Translations under genes and position numbers: made by a program
In this document: one piece after another, positions 62,121 through 64,000 of the stretch
How the letters are laid out: every line of letters starts with the position of its first letter
Position numbering within the stretch: position 1 is the stretch's first letter
NCBI GenBank assembly: GCA_964016885.1
Contig: OZ024745.1
Span: 66,216,001 to 66,280,000, forward strand
Direction: 5' to 3'
From: Eledone cirrhosa
Taxonomy: Eukaryota
DNA: 64,000 nucleotides
Notes under the pieces: generated by a model
What the model was told of the DNA's origin: nothing
Database searches by the model: none
Seen by the model: only the letters and a program-made list of their open reading frames with translations

Positions 62121-62280
62121 TGTCCTCCTTGCGTCTGCTGGACATCACCAGAGGGCGTTAGCCTCCCTCCTCCCCCGGTATTTCCATAGCTACGGCTTCC
62201 TGAAACCGTATTTCCTTGGAGATACAAAATATTTATACATATTGTATAAAGCTATGCTTGAAGCGAAATCATATTTCTTT

Positions 62281-62301
62281 TATATACATATATATATATA
62301 C

Positions 62302-62343
<42 letters not shown>

Positions 62344-62453
62344 ATATATATATATATATATGTATATATAATATATATATATATATGTATATATAATATA
62401 TATATATATATGTATATATAAATATATAATATATATATAAAATATATATATAT

Positions 62454-62496
<43 letters not shown>

Positions 62497-62497
62497 T
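62281..62497. repeat. Imperfect (TA)n microsatellite
   Basis: Directly visible; other long (TA)n tracts at 39858-39900, 57620-57730, 58315-58378, 59378-59447, 60702-60750 and 62830-62886. Confidence 0.95.
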
Positions 62498-62827
62498 ACA
62501 GAGTACCCGACCTCCCATGGGTACAAGCTGAAGCATATAAACAATATGCCCCCGCACCCCCCACTGCAAGGTGGTCGTGGAGGTGCCACGGCAAAAAAGC
62601 ACCCAGCCCACACTGTAAAGTGGACGTGTAGGCGCCACGAAAAAGCACCCAGCACTCACTGTAAATGAGGTTGGTGTTAGGAAGGGCATCCAACTGTAGA
62701 AATCAAGCCAGATCAGTTCCTGTATGAGCAAGGCATGGTCAGTCGACCAGACACTGCACACAAGAGGACAACCCGTCTAATCCATGCTAGCGTGGAAGAA
62801 CGGACGTAAAACGGTGATGATGATGAT
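62498..62827 (+). mobile_element. 3' end of the same RTE LINE family as 42717-44277
   Basis: ACAGAGTACCCGACCTCCCATGGGTACAAGCTGA (QSTRPPMGTS*) plus 3' UTR and (GAT)n; carries one more internal UTR repeat than the 42.7-kb copy. Confidence 0.9.
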
Positions 62828-62830
62828 ATG

Positions 62831-62898
<68 letters not shown>

Positions 62899-64000
62899 TA
62901 AAATAATATATAATTGGTATTTTGTGTGTTTGAAGTAGGTTTTATATCCCACACTTCTATTTACTTATTCATAATTTGGATAGAAAGATGGAAATATATC
63001 CTGCAGGCTACTGTATTTTTAAGGGGTGAAGCCAAACAAGATATCCCTTACGGGGATTTATAGACATTATAATTAAACAAAATTTTTTCTTCTCCTGCTT
63101 TTGTTCTCCTCATCCCCTTCTCCCTCCTTCTTTTTTATAATAATAAGAGGAAAGGTTATGATGGTTAATCAATGCTGCCTGCCCATTTCATACTAGAGTG
63201 ATAGCCAAAAATGTGAGAAAAATAGAAGTTTAACAATACCTGAAATAGGAAAAACAGATAATGTGGCATTATCACAAAGTTGTTATAATCCAAATTGAAA
63301 TAGGAGGCACAAGGACAGTAGAGAGAAGTTTGAATATCTGGTTAAAGATGTTAGATGCAGAGGTGGATTTTCTGACTTTACAGAAAGTTTGTTTTTTTTG
63401 GCATAATAAAACTACAAGAAAGGTGCTAGATAGTTAAGGTTGCAAGAGACAGTTTGATATTTAACTATCCAAATGCTGAAAGAAGAGTGCATGCAGGATA
63501 GTTTCCTTACCTTGTCTGCATCTCAGAGATCCAGCAGATAGCACTTCCATAACTGTAAGGTTTATCCTAAACTAGAAATTCTCTCTGTTAGCACTACCAG
63601 GCCAGATATTTCTGGAAAGTATTCATGGTTGAAAATTCTAGTCAATTGATTTTTGTCAATGTATAAAATTGCTCTGATAACATCAGCACTTTTACCCATA
63701 GCATAATGAAGTGGAATTTTCATTGACTATATTGCCTGACTGAGAGAGAACTGTGAACACCTGAAGACATTACAGTTGGTATTGAACTCCACAATTATCA
63801 TTTGACTCCAAACTGCAGCTTGGTCAAAGAAACAAACTGGAATCACATTTTACAAATAGTGAACACATTTACTTTCAAAGAAATGCAGGGCATGTCACAT
63901 CTTCTGTGCATGACTACATATCATTAGTCATAACATGTCTAGTCCTCCACACAATGGCTGTTGACAGCAATTGAATTACTTGATCTGTGGAATGTGTGCC

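Larger units (their letters stand above)
61698..62280. mobile_element. Penelope-like insert: ~235-bp inverted arms (61698-61930 / 62005-62242) plus 21-bp direct repeat (61928-61948 / 62259-62279)
   Basis: GC-richer island between (TA)n tracts; arms are moderately diverged; a hammerhead-like motif lies in each arm. Confidence 0.7.

Noticed and set aside
49984-62952. YIYI/THTH/VCVC ORFs (49984-50507, 59335, 59990-60876, 62252-62952)
   Set aside because: Translations of (TA)n, (CA)n and (TG)n microsatellites.

Overview
Eukaryotic, AT-rich animal DNA. The SINE/LINE repertoire and (TA)n/(GAT)n microsatellites resemble octopus/cephalopod genomes, but this is an inference I cannot confirm here. The window has two halves. 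(1) Bases 1-29151 are one uninterrupted G/T-rich tandem array, truncated by the left edge. Its unit is a fixed core AATGACGTTGGTGGTATTGTGCTCA(C/G)T plus a variable (GGT/AGT)n tail, about 36-70 bp, roughly 600-700 units estimated from length. It shows kb-scale higher-order duplications and four open reading frames: + Gly-rich, + Val-rich, - Pro-rich (formin FH1-like) and - Thr-rich (mucin-like with N-T-T sequons). Which frame, if any, is translated cannot be settled from sequence alone. (2) Bases 29152-64000 are intron-like or intergenic with no confidently recognisable host exon. They hold Helitron-like elements, a decayed R4/Dong-type LINE, several RTE-type LINE pieces (one with an uninterrupted RT C-terminal ORF) and tRNA-derived SINEs. 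They also hold about 11 type I hammerhead-ribozyme-like motifs of about 7 sequence families, mostly in short (TA)n-embedded inverted-repeat inserts typical of Penelope-like elements, clustered at 39.9-40.7 kb and 57.2-62.3 kb. Most short ORFs in the supplied track are microsatellite or antisense artefacts.
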